64,000 nucleotides of DNA from Lytechinus pictus. Lineage: Eukaryota. A program made the translations under genes and the position numbers. Positions within the stretch are counted from its first letter, which is position 1. Every line of letters starts with the position of its first letter. Below are positions 11,218 to 25,402 of this stretch, in pieces. Below the pieces are notes generated by a model, which saw only the letters and a list, made by a program, of their open reading frames with translations, was not told the DNA's origin and did no database searches. The DNA lies in assembly GCF_037042905.1 (NCBI RefSeq), contig NC_087245.1, forward strand, positions 7,504,001 through 7,568,000, in the 5' to 3' direction.

Positions 11218-12911
11218 ACTTGTCAGTGAGATTGAAAGAGAATTTATTTATGACAATCAGACAAACGCTAAAAAGTATTCTCCTGCGAATGATTAGAGAA
11301 GTCGTATTAAAAAACTACTGAGAAAATTATCGAAAATAAACATGTTTATTTTAGAAAACAGGCCATTTATCTGTTTGTTTGTTACATTTTTTAAATAGAT
11401 TTCCCCTATTTTCTCTCTCCCTATCCTCTCTCTCTTCAATATCAACGCAATCTGTATATCATCCTTCCCCTCCCCTCTACCTGTATCTCCCTCTCTCCCT
11501 CTCTCTATCTATATCTCTCCTCCGACTCATTATCACCCCTCCGCCCCTCTGAAAGGCAATTATTAATGTAAAAAGTTTACAACGAGACCAAATCTAAATA
11601 ACTAGAATACGCGTTTTAATTGATTGATCTTGCTTATACCGAGAAAATTGACAAAACAAAAGACAAATCTTCGATCTGTTTCTAGCAATATGATGCAATT
11701 TAAGACAAACTTAAACAGCCTTTGACAATTTCTTGTAAAAATGAACATAAAACCAACTCCGAAAATTTCTCTTGTAAATTTTGAAATGTAATAATTGAGC
11801 CTTCATTGTGGGCTCATAATTTGATTAATTTAATTTCAGCACAGAAGGTAGTCAATAAGTGTAGGGATTTTCCACCATGTTATTTTGCTGATTATTTTTA
11901 ATACAAAATTACGTCATTTCTATTTTAGGGTAAACCCATTCTTTTGTTATAGAAAAGAAAAGTTCGTCCAGTTTTTTTTCTACGTTAATACTTCTGCAAG
12001 TGTGGTAAGAGATGTACATACAAAATCGTACATTAATGTCAAATATAACAGCAGTAACAGAATAACTGACACTTAATTTTGGCAATAAACGTCTAACTTA
12101 CTAAAGAGAAACCATTTGTATGTTTATGATATAATTTCATTGTCCATTATCCTCGGTTAAACTACTAATATTTACAAAAATTATGAATATAAATTTTTAA
12201 AAAGAAAACACATACTGACCATACAAAAATGTTTTTATTGTTAAATCTTAATAAAAAATGTACAATAATGTTGTAAATTAGTGTTGAAGTGCTTGTTCAT
12301 CATTAATTTTTGTTCAACGACCTGTATTTATCTTTTAAGACCCAAGCGAAGTTTATCAGACCACTTAATATATTTTGTTCCCGATTAATAATAATTCAAA
12401 TCAATGATATATTATTAGAAAGGCTAAGTAATGTTTTAGAAAGATCTCTATTCTGATTTAGAAAATATGAAAAATTGGCGTTTTCAATTACACAAAGTGC
12501 TATAAGTAACATTGTTCTAATATTGTAAGAACCTATACGATAGCAATCTTTTAAGGTGGACTTTGGCCAAAGTCTAAGTCGAGCCCTTTTGAGCACAAAA
12601 ACAAGACTCAACATAATGTTAATTTCTAATCCTTACGATTGATGTCGGACTGAAACATGGCACTGAAATAATGCTGGGATCAGATACATATATACCAGAA
12701 AACTTTAATATCAAACGTAACAAGTTCAACATGTTCAAAGGCGAATTCCATGGAGGCTCCTAGCTCCTGATTGCTTGAAAATCTTTTACTTTTTCTAGTA
12801 AAGTTTTTCATTAATTTTGTAGAATGTCCCAGGTATACGAGTAAAAAAATGAACAATCTCATGTGAAGGAGCTATCTTGGTCGTCTAGGAGTGCTGCTAG
12901 TTTGATGTTTC

Positions 12912-15900
12912 CTATTTTGTCTTGAACTTTCCAAACATGATTTTCTCCAGTCCCATTGGTGGGCTTTCCAAGACTAAAGACATGATCAAGGCTGCCGTGT
13001 AGGAGAATACAAGACAACCACCAAAGAAGAAGCTCTGAAAAAAAAACATTATTTAATAAAATATAGCACATGAAAATGAAATAATACCGCGAAATGGCTT
13101 GGCTTATAATTGTTTCATTTCCCTAAGCACGGTTTCGTTTTTGAAACAGAGAGTTTTCACAACCTACGCAGACGCTTTCTGGAACGAAGAGAATCTTATG
13201 TCAAAAGCCCTTGATGGCAAAGCAGTCTTTGTCGAAAATCGGTTAATCAAAACAGCAGTGTCGCCGTGACTCTGAACGAAGGGCATATTTGCAAGTTTTC
13301 GTCAGCACAGAATTCTACGACGATCAGCTGTCCCGGCTCCCCAATTTTCGACAAAGCCCTCTCAGCTGTTCATTGCCATGATTGTGATTTGACGGGCTTT
13401 TGACATAGGTTTTCTATGTTGTAGAATCCGTCCCCGTCGTAAATGCGAAAACTCGCTACTACCACGGCCATAACGGCATTATCACTGTCATGGTCACTAT
13501 AGGCCCAGTAATATGCCATAGATTTTGACCAACATTTCCCATCTGTTATATGCCTGGGATCTACTTCATGAAAGTTATCAGCACCGGAATGTTGTCATTA
13601 TCCGACATACACCTGCGTTGGCAGTTCTCAGTCAATCAAATCCAAGGAAATCGATTAGACATGGATGGAGCTGATAGGGTTTGTAGTAATACAGGGGATC
13701 ATTTTCATCAACATTTTTCGTCTGACAAGTTGTCAGATCTGACAACTTTCCTTGATTTTGATTGGCTGAGAAGCACGGCTCCTATGGTAACTGTCAGATA
13801 AAAAAAAACGTACAATAAGTACATGAAACACCCCCCCCCCCCCACCCCCGCCTGGACGTTAGTCGAATATAAGCGAACATTCCCTCTGCTCACGCGAATA
13901 TTTTGAATGATTTTTCCCCGTTTGAGTTAGCGGTAAATATCTCATCCAGATACAATGAGACAGTTTCGAAAATTCAAACAATGTATGTCATTGTTAAACA
14001 TATATGCTTCCGTCTTGAACCTGTGGAACGGATAGAACACCACTTGAGAATACTACCAAGATGGCGATGCTATCCGCCCGGTGATGGCGCTAGTGGCACT
14101 CTACGAAATGTAATTATAATGAATATCTACATTAACGTAAGTGAACTTTAATATTCACTACAATTTAAAAAGCATAAATATGATACAAGGCGGAAATAGT
14201 GTTCAAGTTCAAGTTTAATTTATTAAAAAACATACATAAAATTATAAGTACAAATCAATGATCCGTATCCCCAAACACAATGCTTAGCAAAGGCATTGCC
14301 CGCTTTATTTTCACAATAAATTATTGTACATTGCAGTCAATGCAATCAGTCGTAGAAAAATGTTCTTCGATGACTGTTAAGTTTTGGGTTACGGGCCCCA
14401 GATGATAAAAAAAATAAAATGAAAGGTTTTGAAAAGGTTTTAATTTTTTTGTGCTAAAATATGTATATAAGAAGATAAGATTTTTAAGGAAGTACACCAC
14501 ATTCTTTTGAATTATTTATCTTTCCTTGAGTTTTATGCTCGATTTCCTAACGTAATGCATCATTACATCGTCTTACGAAACCCCATTACTCTGAAAACTT
14601 GGTTTATAACTTACGAGTGACAAGTAGTCCATATGGAAGAGAGTCTTGTTGTAAGTCATAGCACTGTACTGTAAGGTAGGATGGATTAGATAGGCACAGT
14701 ATGTTAGACGAGCCATTGGGATCCAGAATGACCAATCAAGAAGCACTCCAATAGGACCTGAAAATAATGAAATTATTAATCAACTTGTCAACATTCCCAT
14801 TATTTAAAACAATTCAAATATGATAGTGTTATCACAGGGGATATTACTTATATTCAGATTCTGACTCTCGTCTATGAACGAAGATAGATTCAATCACTTA
14901 AGACTGATCCGGGACCATAAAGTTGTAATAGTCTGAGGAGTGATCAGAGCCTTTACTATCGCTGGAATCTGTAAGCATGGTAATATTGAGGTATATTTTA
15001 ATTCACAACAAGGGTGAATCTATTTGGTAATACCCTTCTTACTCAATGATTTATGCAATACACACTACTTTTTCCTTTATGTAGCTCTTTGATTCTGTTC
15101 CATTTCGGTTATGTTCCATTAGACCACTCAACCTTTTTTTTAAACGCCTATATACCTCCGTATCCATTAAGACAAGCGAAGATGATCCAAGCAATGCCGA
15201 TACCCCAAGCTAAGCGACCGACAGTCAAATAGATCATTGACTCCCATTGCTCTATGTAACGATTTAGGCAACCGTAAGCACCGTACACCACAGCAAAGAG
15301 AGTGCCAAGAGCAACCAACCAGCCAGTCAAGACGTAGATCTGAAGAAAAAAATCATCAATGTTACAAAGCTCATAGCAAATAATATTATACACAAGAGAT
15401 TATCATGAATATAGACTAGACTATTTACCATCACACATCAGTCGTGTGTTTTCCATGCATTCGAGAGTACAAAAACCGTTCACAGACTGAACGATTGTAG
15501 ACATTGCTGTCTCCTTTGGAGGAAAAATATGAAGATATAGAAGAAATAAGTATACTGAAATTGTATTTCATACCTTTCTAAGTTTAAGTTGCTTTCCTTT
15601 GAGTTTGAAAATGATGTATCCCATCACCATGCCAACGAGGTAAGGTGGAATTCTTGTATAAGGTTTGGCATATGTAACGTCCTGTTCGGGGTAGTCTGCC
15701 AAACGATCGTTGTATGGTCTGATAAGAAATAGATAGAAGGTAACGTGAATGTTGTGATTATTAAATAAGTTGCAAAAATAACAGAAAAGGGGTAATTTAC
15801 AGTTTAAATATTGATTTCAATTCCATTAAAAGTTATCTAATAAGTTCGTTCTTATGAAATCACAATCAATGACGAGTCTAAAAGACGCGGTCAATAAAGG

Positions 15901-18900
15901 ATTAAAGATTATTTGATTATTTTGTCATTGACCAAAGAGAAAACCAAGCATATACATCATTATACGACGGCAAAAATGAATCTTACATACAAAGAGTGCA
16001 AGGCAATGATAAATACGATTTGAACTTTGTCATTAATTGAAATTACCAAAAGAACGCATACAATTCTCACTCTGCATAACTATACTTACGGTTGTTGATA
16101 CCAGGGATCCATGTTAATTCCATAATAATAGTTAAGACCAGCCAACGATCCCAGCGAAATTAGCATAATGGAACCAATAAGGGCCATTCCTGCTTTACAG
16201 TTCCTTTAAAAAATGAACGTAAGTCGTGAATAGTGACTTAATAATTTAATGATTATGTTGCTCTATAAATCATTTAAAGGTACCACCTAGGAATTGTACA
16301 GAATTAACAATTATTTTGAAATCAGCGATGATCTTCATTGCTGAGTACTTGTTTAGAACCTTGAAATCGGTTTATACTCCTTTACTCTTCACAGAAAATG
16401 TGACTTAGGAAACACGGAAAGAAAAATAATTATGACGTTATTTCCTCTTACAGTGCTTCGACATATTCGAAAGTGGTGAAAATGAAAGATTGAAACGTTA
16501 CAATATTTTTAAATAATTGGAAATCTTGAGCCGTTTATAATTAAACGAAATTCCCTTAATGAACCGTGCAATGAATTAAACTAATGTTTATAATGATTAT
16601 ACATTTGACCGTACCACTATTATTCAAATATATCTTCTTCCGACAAATGTTCCTAATAGTGCTTACTTGTAGAGTATGATGAGAATAAGAGGACTGATGA
16701 TGTAGAACTGCATATCATTTGCCAGGTACCATGCATGACCCATACACTGAACAGAAATTAGATAAAGAAGGAAGAAAAGAGACAAGTAATTACGAAATAG
16801 AAAAGATGGGATTTTCGTATTTTTATCAATATTGGTCGTATGTAAAGATGTCAGATTCTTATTTTGTATTTCCTGAGACTACATGATTTCTTTCTGCCAC
16901 TATGGTAACTGTCGGAGAGTGACAAATTGTCAATTCTGAAAAGCTTTATGAAATGGTGCCCAGCTTGACTTCTTGTTCGATGTTCGTGAATTCAGTACCA
17001 ACCGGGGAAATATGATGATATTAACATTAGAATGGCAAATTGTACATAATTATGGTAATCGAAATGTACATCACTAGCATTTGATATCACTACATAGAAG
17101 TATCAAAGAACCGTCTTGTAACGGGAAAGACAAGTTGGATTTAACTTACGGTTTGCTCAAGATCATTAGGCCAGGGATAAAGATTATTGATATACAGCAT
17201 ATGAGCCCACCAGGTTCTTCCGCAGATATCCCGTGTCATCTCGTGCCCATAATCGGTCAGTACACCCTGGGCAAAGTGCGGCTTCAGCAAGGCCCAGATG
17301 CCTATGGTGGCCATGTAAACTGGTGTAAGACGCCACCAACGGTGGAAGTAGAAGACAAACCAACTGAATGCACTGCCAAGTCTTTTGCTGTCCAGCTGTT
17401 TCAGGGTAAGATACGCTGTGAGGAATCCACTGTGAAAATGAAAAGGGTGATTCGAGCGTTACCAACAATTTTCATACATATGATCATTCTGTACGAGTGC
17501 TATTTAGAATTCATGATAATGTTTATTCCTGGATGAATAGCTGCGAATGTGTTTCTATCCTTGCAAAAATACATTAATTGTATGATTCAAAGACTCGACC
17601 TACATAAAAATTCAGTTATGTTATAAACACTCTCTCATTTTTTTTTTCAGTATAGCCTTGTAAGATATAAGCCCTTTGCTAATAATTTATCAAATACATT
17701 AAATTTTCTCCTTCGTATAACAGCTACTTCAACAGTTTCTGATTACTGAGTACTGTTATTACTGCTACAACATATATTACTATAGTTTTTTTTTCTACTG
17801 CCATTTCATTTACTATCGTTATACCTGCGCGTTCTGCAATCAATTTCCTTTTTAGAGGACAAATAGGAAAACGCTTACCTGAGAACGAAGAATGTATCAA
17901 CTGAATACGTTGAGTTGACAATAGCCAGGTACCCGAAAGATTGCATTTCCTCAAACAACTCACTAAAATTATCTAATTAAAAGAAAATCAAATAAAAACG
18001 ATTAAAGAAGGGCATGAAATACCCATGAAAACTTTCATCACTTTAGCATTCGCCCCCCCCCCCCGAATATTCAGTATCTAAAAGTTCAGTGGACTTGAGG
18101 CTTATGCACTTTCTATGAACTTGGTTTAGGTTGTTAGATATAGCAGTACATTGGATGTTTTAAATCATAGATCTACATATCAACACTCACCAAGTCGACC
18201 AAGGTAGAACGAGAAGGCATGTCCAAGAATGACCCAGAACATACTGATGACCCTCAGACCATTGAGAGCAGCTAAGTTTCCTTTGGATTTCTTAGCACTC
18301 AATAGCTTGGTGCAGTTGGTGACGAGTGAGAAGGACATGAGGACACCGTCAAGGATTGCTGTGAACGAAACACGATCCAGTAAATGCTTTCGATGTACCA
18401 ACACAATTAGGTTCCAACACAATTACTCTTTTTGGGCCTAATGTGTTTCTAACTGATTTATCATATCAAATACACAATTCGTCAACTGCTTCTCCGTACA
18501 TAAATCTTGGTAAAGCTATGAAGCGAGCTTGGATGGACTTATGACCAGGTGTGCGGAGTCACGAGATTTCAGGAAACGACTTCCAATATAGACATGGTTC
18601 ACGTCACTGGACCCATGGTCAAGGCCAATGCCAGGAAAGGTGGCCCCAGGGATGCCATCGACTCCTTCACACGTGGACAGGGAGTTAGGTAGAGTAAGTT
18701 TATGATTTATATGTCGGTGGGTTGCTCTGGGAACGCTCTTCATATGTCCATGTCACCACGTGCATGTGGAAACCCCACTGCACCCCATCCACATTGTTTA
18801 AGACGTTCAAAGTTAAGTATGCTCTGTGACATGGCATGTTACATCTTTCTGGTTTGTGCATTGCAATACATTGAATGTATGGACAGGGGTGATGGCATTC

Positions 18901-21900
18901 CAGCACGCAAGAATGGGTTTTCAATGTACCCATAGGTCCCGTCATCGAAGATACCATATCAGATCGGAGAAGATGAATATGCTATCACAACATTCTTGTA
19001 TTTACAATATGATTAAACTAACTCCTATATGTTTATATGATAAATATTACCAAAATGTGGGGGACAATATAAAACTGCCACACCAATATTTACCCCATTT
19101 GAGATCGATCTTCGCCTTGTGTTCTTTCTCGATAGTATCCTCTGTCATCTGTATGTGATGCTCTTTACCATTCTGTAGAATCCCTTCTCCCTTTTCGAAT
19201 CCACCGTTTAGGTGAGCGCCATTCTCCTTGACCTTAACCTCGGTACCAACTTCGACTATATCCGGGTCATCAAAGGATGTTTCCTCTATTTTGTGCTTAT
19301 CAGATGTAAGACCACCTGTTTTCTGTTTGGTTGTTGTTTGCTTCAAGACCTTGTTTAGGACCATCTTGTGAAGGTAGATTTCGTAGAAGGTGCCCACCAG
19401 CACCATTGCCACAAAGAAAAACATCAAAGCACTGAAAGATAATACTAAAGATGAGCCTTCTAGCTTAAGGAAAATATCAACGTATATTCAATTAACAAAT
19501 AATTGCATAGGCCTTTCTTGATAAATCACCGACGTGCTTTGGCAATTCATTATCATATTCAAGGTAATTGGTATGTTAATTCCTCAAGCAAGTAATTGTT
19601 TGGCATTAAGGAGATGGGATATAACGTAAGATGGATATTAAGTATGCATTTGATGATGATGATGATGAAGATGATGATGATGAACAATATTTGTTTCACG
19701 CAATTTCTCTGTAAAAAAAATATAAAAATAAAGGTATCAATGTAATGACGCGGGCCAATCTGATGAATATTCTCTACCCCTCTTATAGCTTATGATTGTC
19801 AAAGTTCTTCAAATCAAACTTACAGGAATGCAATATCGGCTGTCCTCCATTCTTCTGGTTCGTTACATTCATAACCAACGAACGGTTCATCTACTCCAAG
19901 GGCAGTCCATACTGCAAGGTAATAACAGAAAAACAAATTTGTTCTATTTTCCATTTGGAGTGGATCTGGTCATGCTGCTAGTGGTCTCTGTGGGATGTTG
20001 GAAGCTACGTTTTATTTATTGGAAAATTATCAATTCTTATTTCTTAAAAAAAACAAGTAAAGCTCAAGTTCTAAGTAATGTCCATGAGGTTTTTGACTGG
20101 CTGATATTCCAGTTGCGTTAAATTGTATTTTTGTCGTGACACAGACCTAGGGGCCTGGACCCTATGTAATGACATTATCCAAACGTGTATGGCTATTGGC
20201 CGTATTTTGGCACAGATGGATTTCTATATTTGATATTGTTGAAATAGATATTCAAACAATTGTAAACTTGTTAAGCCTTTGTGTAACTGGGCCCTTGTGA
20301 TTCTTCTTCGTCGCAGTATATTACACAATGTATTATACACCTGCTCAAAGAGGCGCCAATTATCACACCACTTGAAAACATTGGTAAAACAAAGTATGGA
20401 GATGGTGTACTTACTGGTGTCCGATACTGCTTGGATCTCTTTCGTGGTGCAAGTATTAGGGGAACATGTACCCCAGATTAATGCCTTCAAGGTAAAATAT
20501 AGAGATGGCAATGAATATAACGACAACGTAACGCAATATACTTTATACAACCTTTGGTTTACCTCTTTAATTGTTGTAGAATGCTACTGGGATTTTGAAT
20601 GTTTAAATATTAACGATAGGTTTGAGCGTTTTTACGCCATTTCTCAATGTATTCTTGTAATAGTATTTTATGCTGTTCACATAGATTTTACCGCCACTTA
20701 CATTCTAAAACAACTTCCAATAAGAAATGATATTGTTTTGATTTGTTGTAGTTATATTAACTAATATAAATATGTTAATAAAATGTGTGCGTCCTTCATG
20801 ATTTCCCCATTCCCCTTCCTCTTTGACTAAAAAAATTTGGGATCTGCTTATTCATGGATGGCAATGAATACTTCCAAGAGGACGAAGATACGTCCTCCAA
20901 TGTGGAATTTTCAGAGCAAACAAGTGGGAGGGGCGGGTGGGGGTCGCATCCCTCCCCTTCCCTTTATGTTCGAACATAATTATTGGCACTTTGTCATGGT
21001 GGTAGAAGATAACTCCGAGTATTTCTACTTACTCCGAATGGTAGAAGTATATAAGCACCACAGTACTGTGCGTCAAATGAAGGTACACCTGATGTCTTGT
21101 TTGCTGTGTTAGATGTGCATAACCAGAGATCGCCGTAGTCCTTAACGTTCAGTGTATATAAAGCCTTTTGAATATCTGATGGTATGATGCTACCACGAGA
21201 CGCCCACACTGCAATGATTAACACCAATGATCGTAATGAAATGTGAAAACTTCTGTCTTTTTTTACAAATAGATTTATCAGTTAGTGAATTGTCATCTTA
21301 TGTACTATCAACCCTTCTTTATAGTTATTTATGTATTTGTATCTTTATTACTTTTTTCTACTTATTGTTAACCTCACTTTTATATGACATTGGCCATGAG
21401 AAATCTTACTTTTACGAGCTTTATTTTTATTTCCCTTGCGTGTGTTAGATGGAACTGTTCCCATACTTTGTCACATGTCTCAATATTCAAGCTGAAACTT
21501 TTACAATAAGAAACTTAAACAGTTGTACTACTTCATATTTACATAAAAAAAGACGAATAAATGTGTAAGTTGGATTAAATGATACACAGGGGCCGCGGAA
21601 CGGTTTTCAAAGTGGGGGGGGGGGGCTGAGCCAAAAGTGGGGGGGGGGGCTGATCATGCAAAAAAATTACAATCCTATGGTCATTTTTACGTTTTTGTAC
21701 ACAGTTTTGGAAAAAAGTGGGGGGGGGGGCTGAAGCCCCCCCCCCCCCGCTTCCGCGGCCCCTGATACATACCCAAAGCGTACAACATTCCTCGAGTCAC
21801 TGATTATGATTTTAATAAGTATTGTGCGAGCATGATGTAGGAATAAAAGAAGTGTCTCCACCTCCATACTTACTTCGTGATGCGTAAAGAACTCCGTTTC

Positions 21901-23254
21901 CAAGATCAGAGAAGTACTGCATGGTATCCTGAAAGCAGATCTCAGATAGGAGCCTATCATCATCAAGACCATACCAGAGTTTACCTTCTATTTTAATCTG
22001 CTTCGCATCTTCAGTGGCTATGGAAAGGTGGGTCCGCACAAACTGAGGTGAGAAATATACGAATATACCATATGTGTTTTATAGTTTGAACTTATTCTCT
22101 CCTTCAATCTCGATTACAAGATGCCTTTAATTTCTCTTTCATTAAGTCTAGACTGGGAACAGTATCACCATCTTAACATAATAGAAGCCCAGATTAGACC
22201 CAACAACCTATATACTTTATACGATTTGAACTGATATTTTTTAAGCACGTTAGTGTATTGATATAGAGCAATAGCACTTTCATTCATTTGATTTAGGGAC
22301 TGTCAACCATGTAGATACTACTCCTTGCTCTATGACATAAAGCGCTGTACCAGGCATCGAACCTGAACATTCATGTGTGTATCGGCTTTAGCAAGGCGCC
22401 TTAAACCACCAGAACACTAGTGGCTATGTCTGTAAAAACTCAATCATACATACCCAGGCACGCACACCCACACACACCGCACTATATACATGGTAGAGTT
22501 TTGAGAGTGTAATGTTTGTACATAAAATATTATCATTCACACACCAACCTGTGAAAACCTTTGGTTGTCTTTGGTGAGAGATTGAACATAATCCAAATCA
22601 ATGCCTTTATGGGAGAAGAATTCCTTGCTATGATCCACAAATGAATGTGCAGCTACGGATTCTGAGAAAGGACATATTAAATAATGACAAAATAAATGCT
22701 GAAGTTGTAATTAATGACATGAATAATTCCTGTTCTTTTATTGCGAAAAATTATGTTACACGAAGGCCTTAAATCTTCTATACTTTGTAAGTCGTTAACA
22801 ATGCAGGTCTATCAAATCATCAAATCATGAGTTGATACATCATTATCGAACCAAACTTTACTATCGTATTTTTTATAACTTATTTGAGTAATGTGAGTAA
22901 GCATTATGTATTTAGCGATCACGTAATGATTCCGTATTTCCACATGCAAAAGTTGAAAGATAAATTTTGGAACCTGCGATAAAGCGAATATTCTATATTT
23001 GGATTTTTACCTTTGTTCTGACTTTTGATACAGTATACACTTTTGAAGTTATGTAACATCTTTCAAGTAAGTACCAAAGTTGTGAGAACATATATAAAAC
23101 ACAAAAACATGAAAATTACTACGGACTTACTCCTTTTCTGTTTTCTCATCAAACTTTCAAACTGAGGGTTGAGTTGGGACGTCACATCCTGTAGAAATAG
23201 ATTTAAACATAAAATCACCAAGGCAACCTTAAGTAACCACTGTTTAGGCGCCAT
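12912..23254 (-). CDS. nrf-6: Nose resistant to fluoxetine protein 6-like O-acyltransferase (signal peptide, NRF domain, Acyl_transf_3), paralog A, 802 aa
   Basis: 16 GT-AG exons, all in phase: 23254-23131, 22661-22549, 22042-21874, 21208-21033, 20484-20415, 19911-19824, 19431-19094, 18358-18191, 17972-17879, 17429-17150, 16746-16667, 16203-16090, 15718-15574, 15339-15156, 14757-14615, 13034-12912 (2409 nt). Motifs include [69 protein letters not shown] and [10 protein letters not shown]. The symbol denotes the family, not proven orthology. Confidence 0.93.
13148..13458. mobile_element. Foldback MITE in the last intron of paralog A
   Basis: Termini AGAGAGTTTTCACA and TGCGAAAACTCGCTA, plus internal inverted blocks TATGTCAAAAGCCC/GGGCTTTTGACATA and CTTTGTCGAAAAT/ATTTTCGACAAAG. 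Confidence 0.65.
21587..21764. mobile_element. G-run-rich MITE with 14-bp TIRs and a 5-bp TSD
   Basis: TIRs CAGGGGCCGCGGAA and TTCCGCGGCCCCTG, flanked by ATACA on both sides. Confidence 0.8.
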
Positions 23255-25402
23255 CTTAAAGTATGATGAGTACCCGATGAGCACAAGAAAATAATAGCTC
23301 TCCTCATACAGGCTTCCAATATAGGTTGTTCTATTATTGTAGTACATGTGTTATATGACGTAATTAGAGGTCAGTAAAATATTAATGGAAATAATCTGCC
23401 ACGAACAAATATGTTATCTGTTAGATGTGAAGTTAGAATGACAACTAAAGGGTGGGTATATTTACTTTAGTTTGATGTCATTACTTGTTTAATTTAGTTA
23501 ATCGCTTATATTTTGCATGTAGTGATCACATGATGGTCTCCGTTGAGGTGGAAAAGGGACGCAGCGGTGGCAAATTGTCCCTATCCCGTCCCAGTGATGC
23601 TAATTTATCCCTCATTAGAATTTGCCATATTCCCTAGCTGTTCCAATGAGGCAGATAAGCTTATAAATCAAAAGGGTTATGTCCTCAACCTTTCCTTTCA
23701 TGGAATCCTAAGGTTTTCTCTTATTATGGTTGTTGGTCGGTAATTGTATGTTTTATATGATTTACGTTTAATAATGATCGAGGTGTCGCCAAAGGCAATA
23801 TTTAATCCCAAAAGATCAGTAAAGACCAAAGAAAGACTTTACTTATATCAATTTTAATTTTTCTATTTCGGTATAAAGAAAATTAAGTATCATAAAAAGA
23901 TCATCTAATCATCATAAAGAGGAAAAAGAATATTAAAATCCTGCCACCCGAACTCTGACGTTGTCTCATCTTTGCTTTTCTTCCTCTTTCTTTCAAATAC
24001 AGGTTGAATTGTCCAATAACTAATCACTTGACCACTGATTGATATCAGTAGGCATAGATATGAAATCAACAATATCAAATGCGTTGGGTAAAATTGGAGA
24101 AAGGGGATAGTGAGAAGAAACGGCAAACTTTAGACTATTAAACATATTGAATCTCAATTCAAATATATATTCACTGTAGAAATTGAAACCGTAAAAAATG
24201 TAATCATTACACAATCAGATCAAAACAACTTATCTGTTTACTCGTAGTAGAACCGGGAGTGCCATCATGACGTAACAATGAATATTAGCACAGAAGAAAC
24301 AGATAGCTCAATTAGGTTTATTGAATTTTGCATCGAAGCGTCATGGCTCCGTTGGGGAATAGTATCATTTTTTTAATTTGAACTATTAAGTCAAAGTATT
24401 ACTAGTACTCACTAGTGTGAGGGAGGGTGTGTGTGCTTGTGTTAGGGTGCGTCTGGGAGTGTGGAGGATTCAAGACATATCAATGAGATATGATTGTTAC
24501 TGTCTGAGGACCAACCTGTTCTTACAATCAGAAAGACGTGACAGAGGATTCGAACCATGCAATCCTTCAGATACAAATTTTTTAACTGGTTTAACACATT
24601 AATTTAAGACGTCGTGAGAGACAATCGCTGCTTTTGAGACGCCATACTGTCCATGGTATTGAATTGAGGCGAATAATATGCCGAGTGAGGGGTAACCACG
24701 AACAAACTTGTTCTGGTCACTGACTAATGAATGCTGGCGCCCTAGTGATACCCTGTAGTAAAACTTAGAGGTGTGATTCATTGTTAATTATTTTCTTCCA
24801 TTCGATTGTCAAACTTAAAATTACTAGGGCACCTTGCTGTACATATGTATTGATACAACAAAATGGATTTCATGAGATCGATCGGTGGCTAGGTTTTCAG
24901 ATTATCAAAGCGAGATGAATTGCATAATTGAAAACGTTGGGCAGAACACACCATGAAGTATGGATTTATTTTGTCAATTTATAACGTTTTATCTATAGTG
25001 ATCGAAATGATTACACAATCTTCCGGGTAAGAGTAACAACGGTATGGTTACCTTTCCTTATCCTTGATTCAGTACTTAGCGGCAAAAATCGAAACAAATC
25101 AAAACTCGTGAAAAAAATGGTCATTGTAAGTTTTGTTAGACTCGCACACAATTGCGAAATTTGATTTGATTAATAGTTAACAAAATCTGTCCAGTGCTCT
25201 AAATTTGAGCATGACGAGATGTGAATCACATTATCCACCTTCATGTCAGATAAAATTTACTGAATCCATCGCATTACATAATAAATAAACAAGCCTGATC
25301 GAAAGACCAGTAAGTAGAGGCCTACTAGTAACATATTAAGTGCCCCCATCCTATTCATAGTCATTCGCGGGTTTCGTTGCGTGTTCATACGTTTGTGTCA
25401 AA
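23255..25402. promoter_or_regulatory. Shared divergent upstream region of the two nrf-6-like genes
   Basis: Lies between the two ATGs (23254 minus, 25403 plus). Contains ATGACGTAAT at 23355, AGGTCA at 23368, ATGACGTAAC at 24267 and ATTACATAAT at 25273. Confidence 0.55.

Noticed and set aside
17081..17536. 151-aa plus-strand ORF
   Set aside because: Antisense shadow of exon 10 of paralog A.
21610..21750. G-quadruplex regulatory element
   Set aside because: The G runs are internal to a TSD-flanked MITE, so no locus-specific function is implied.
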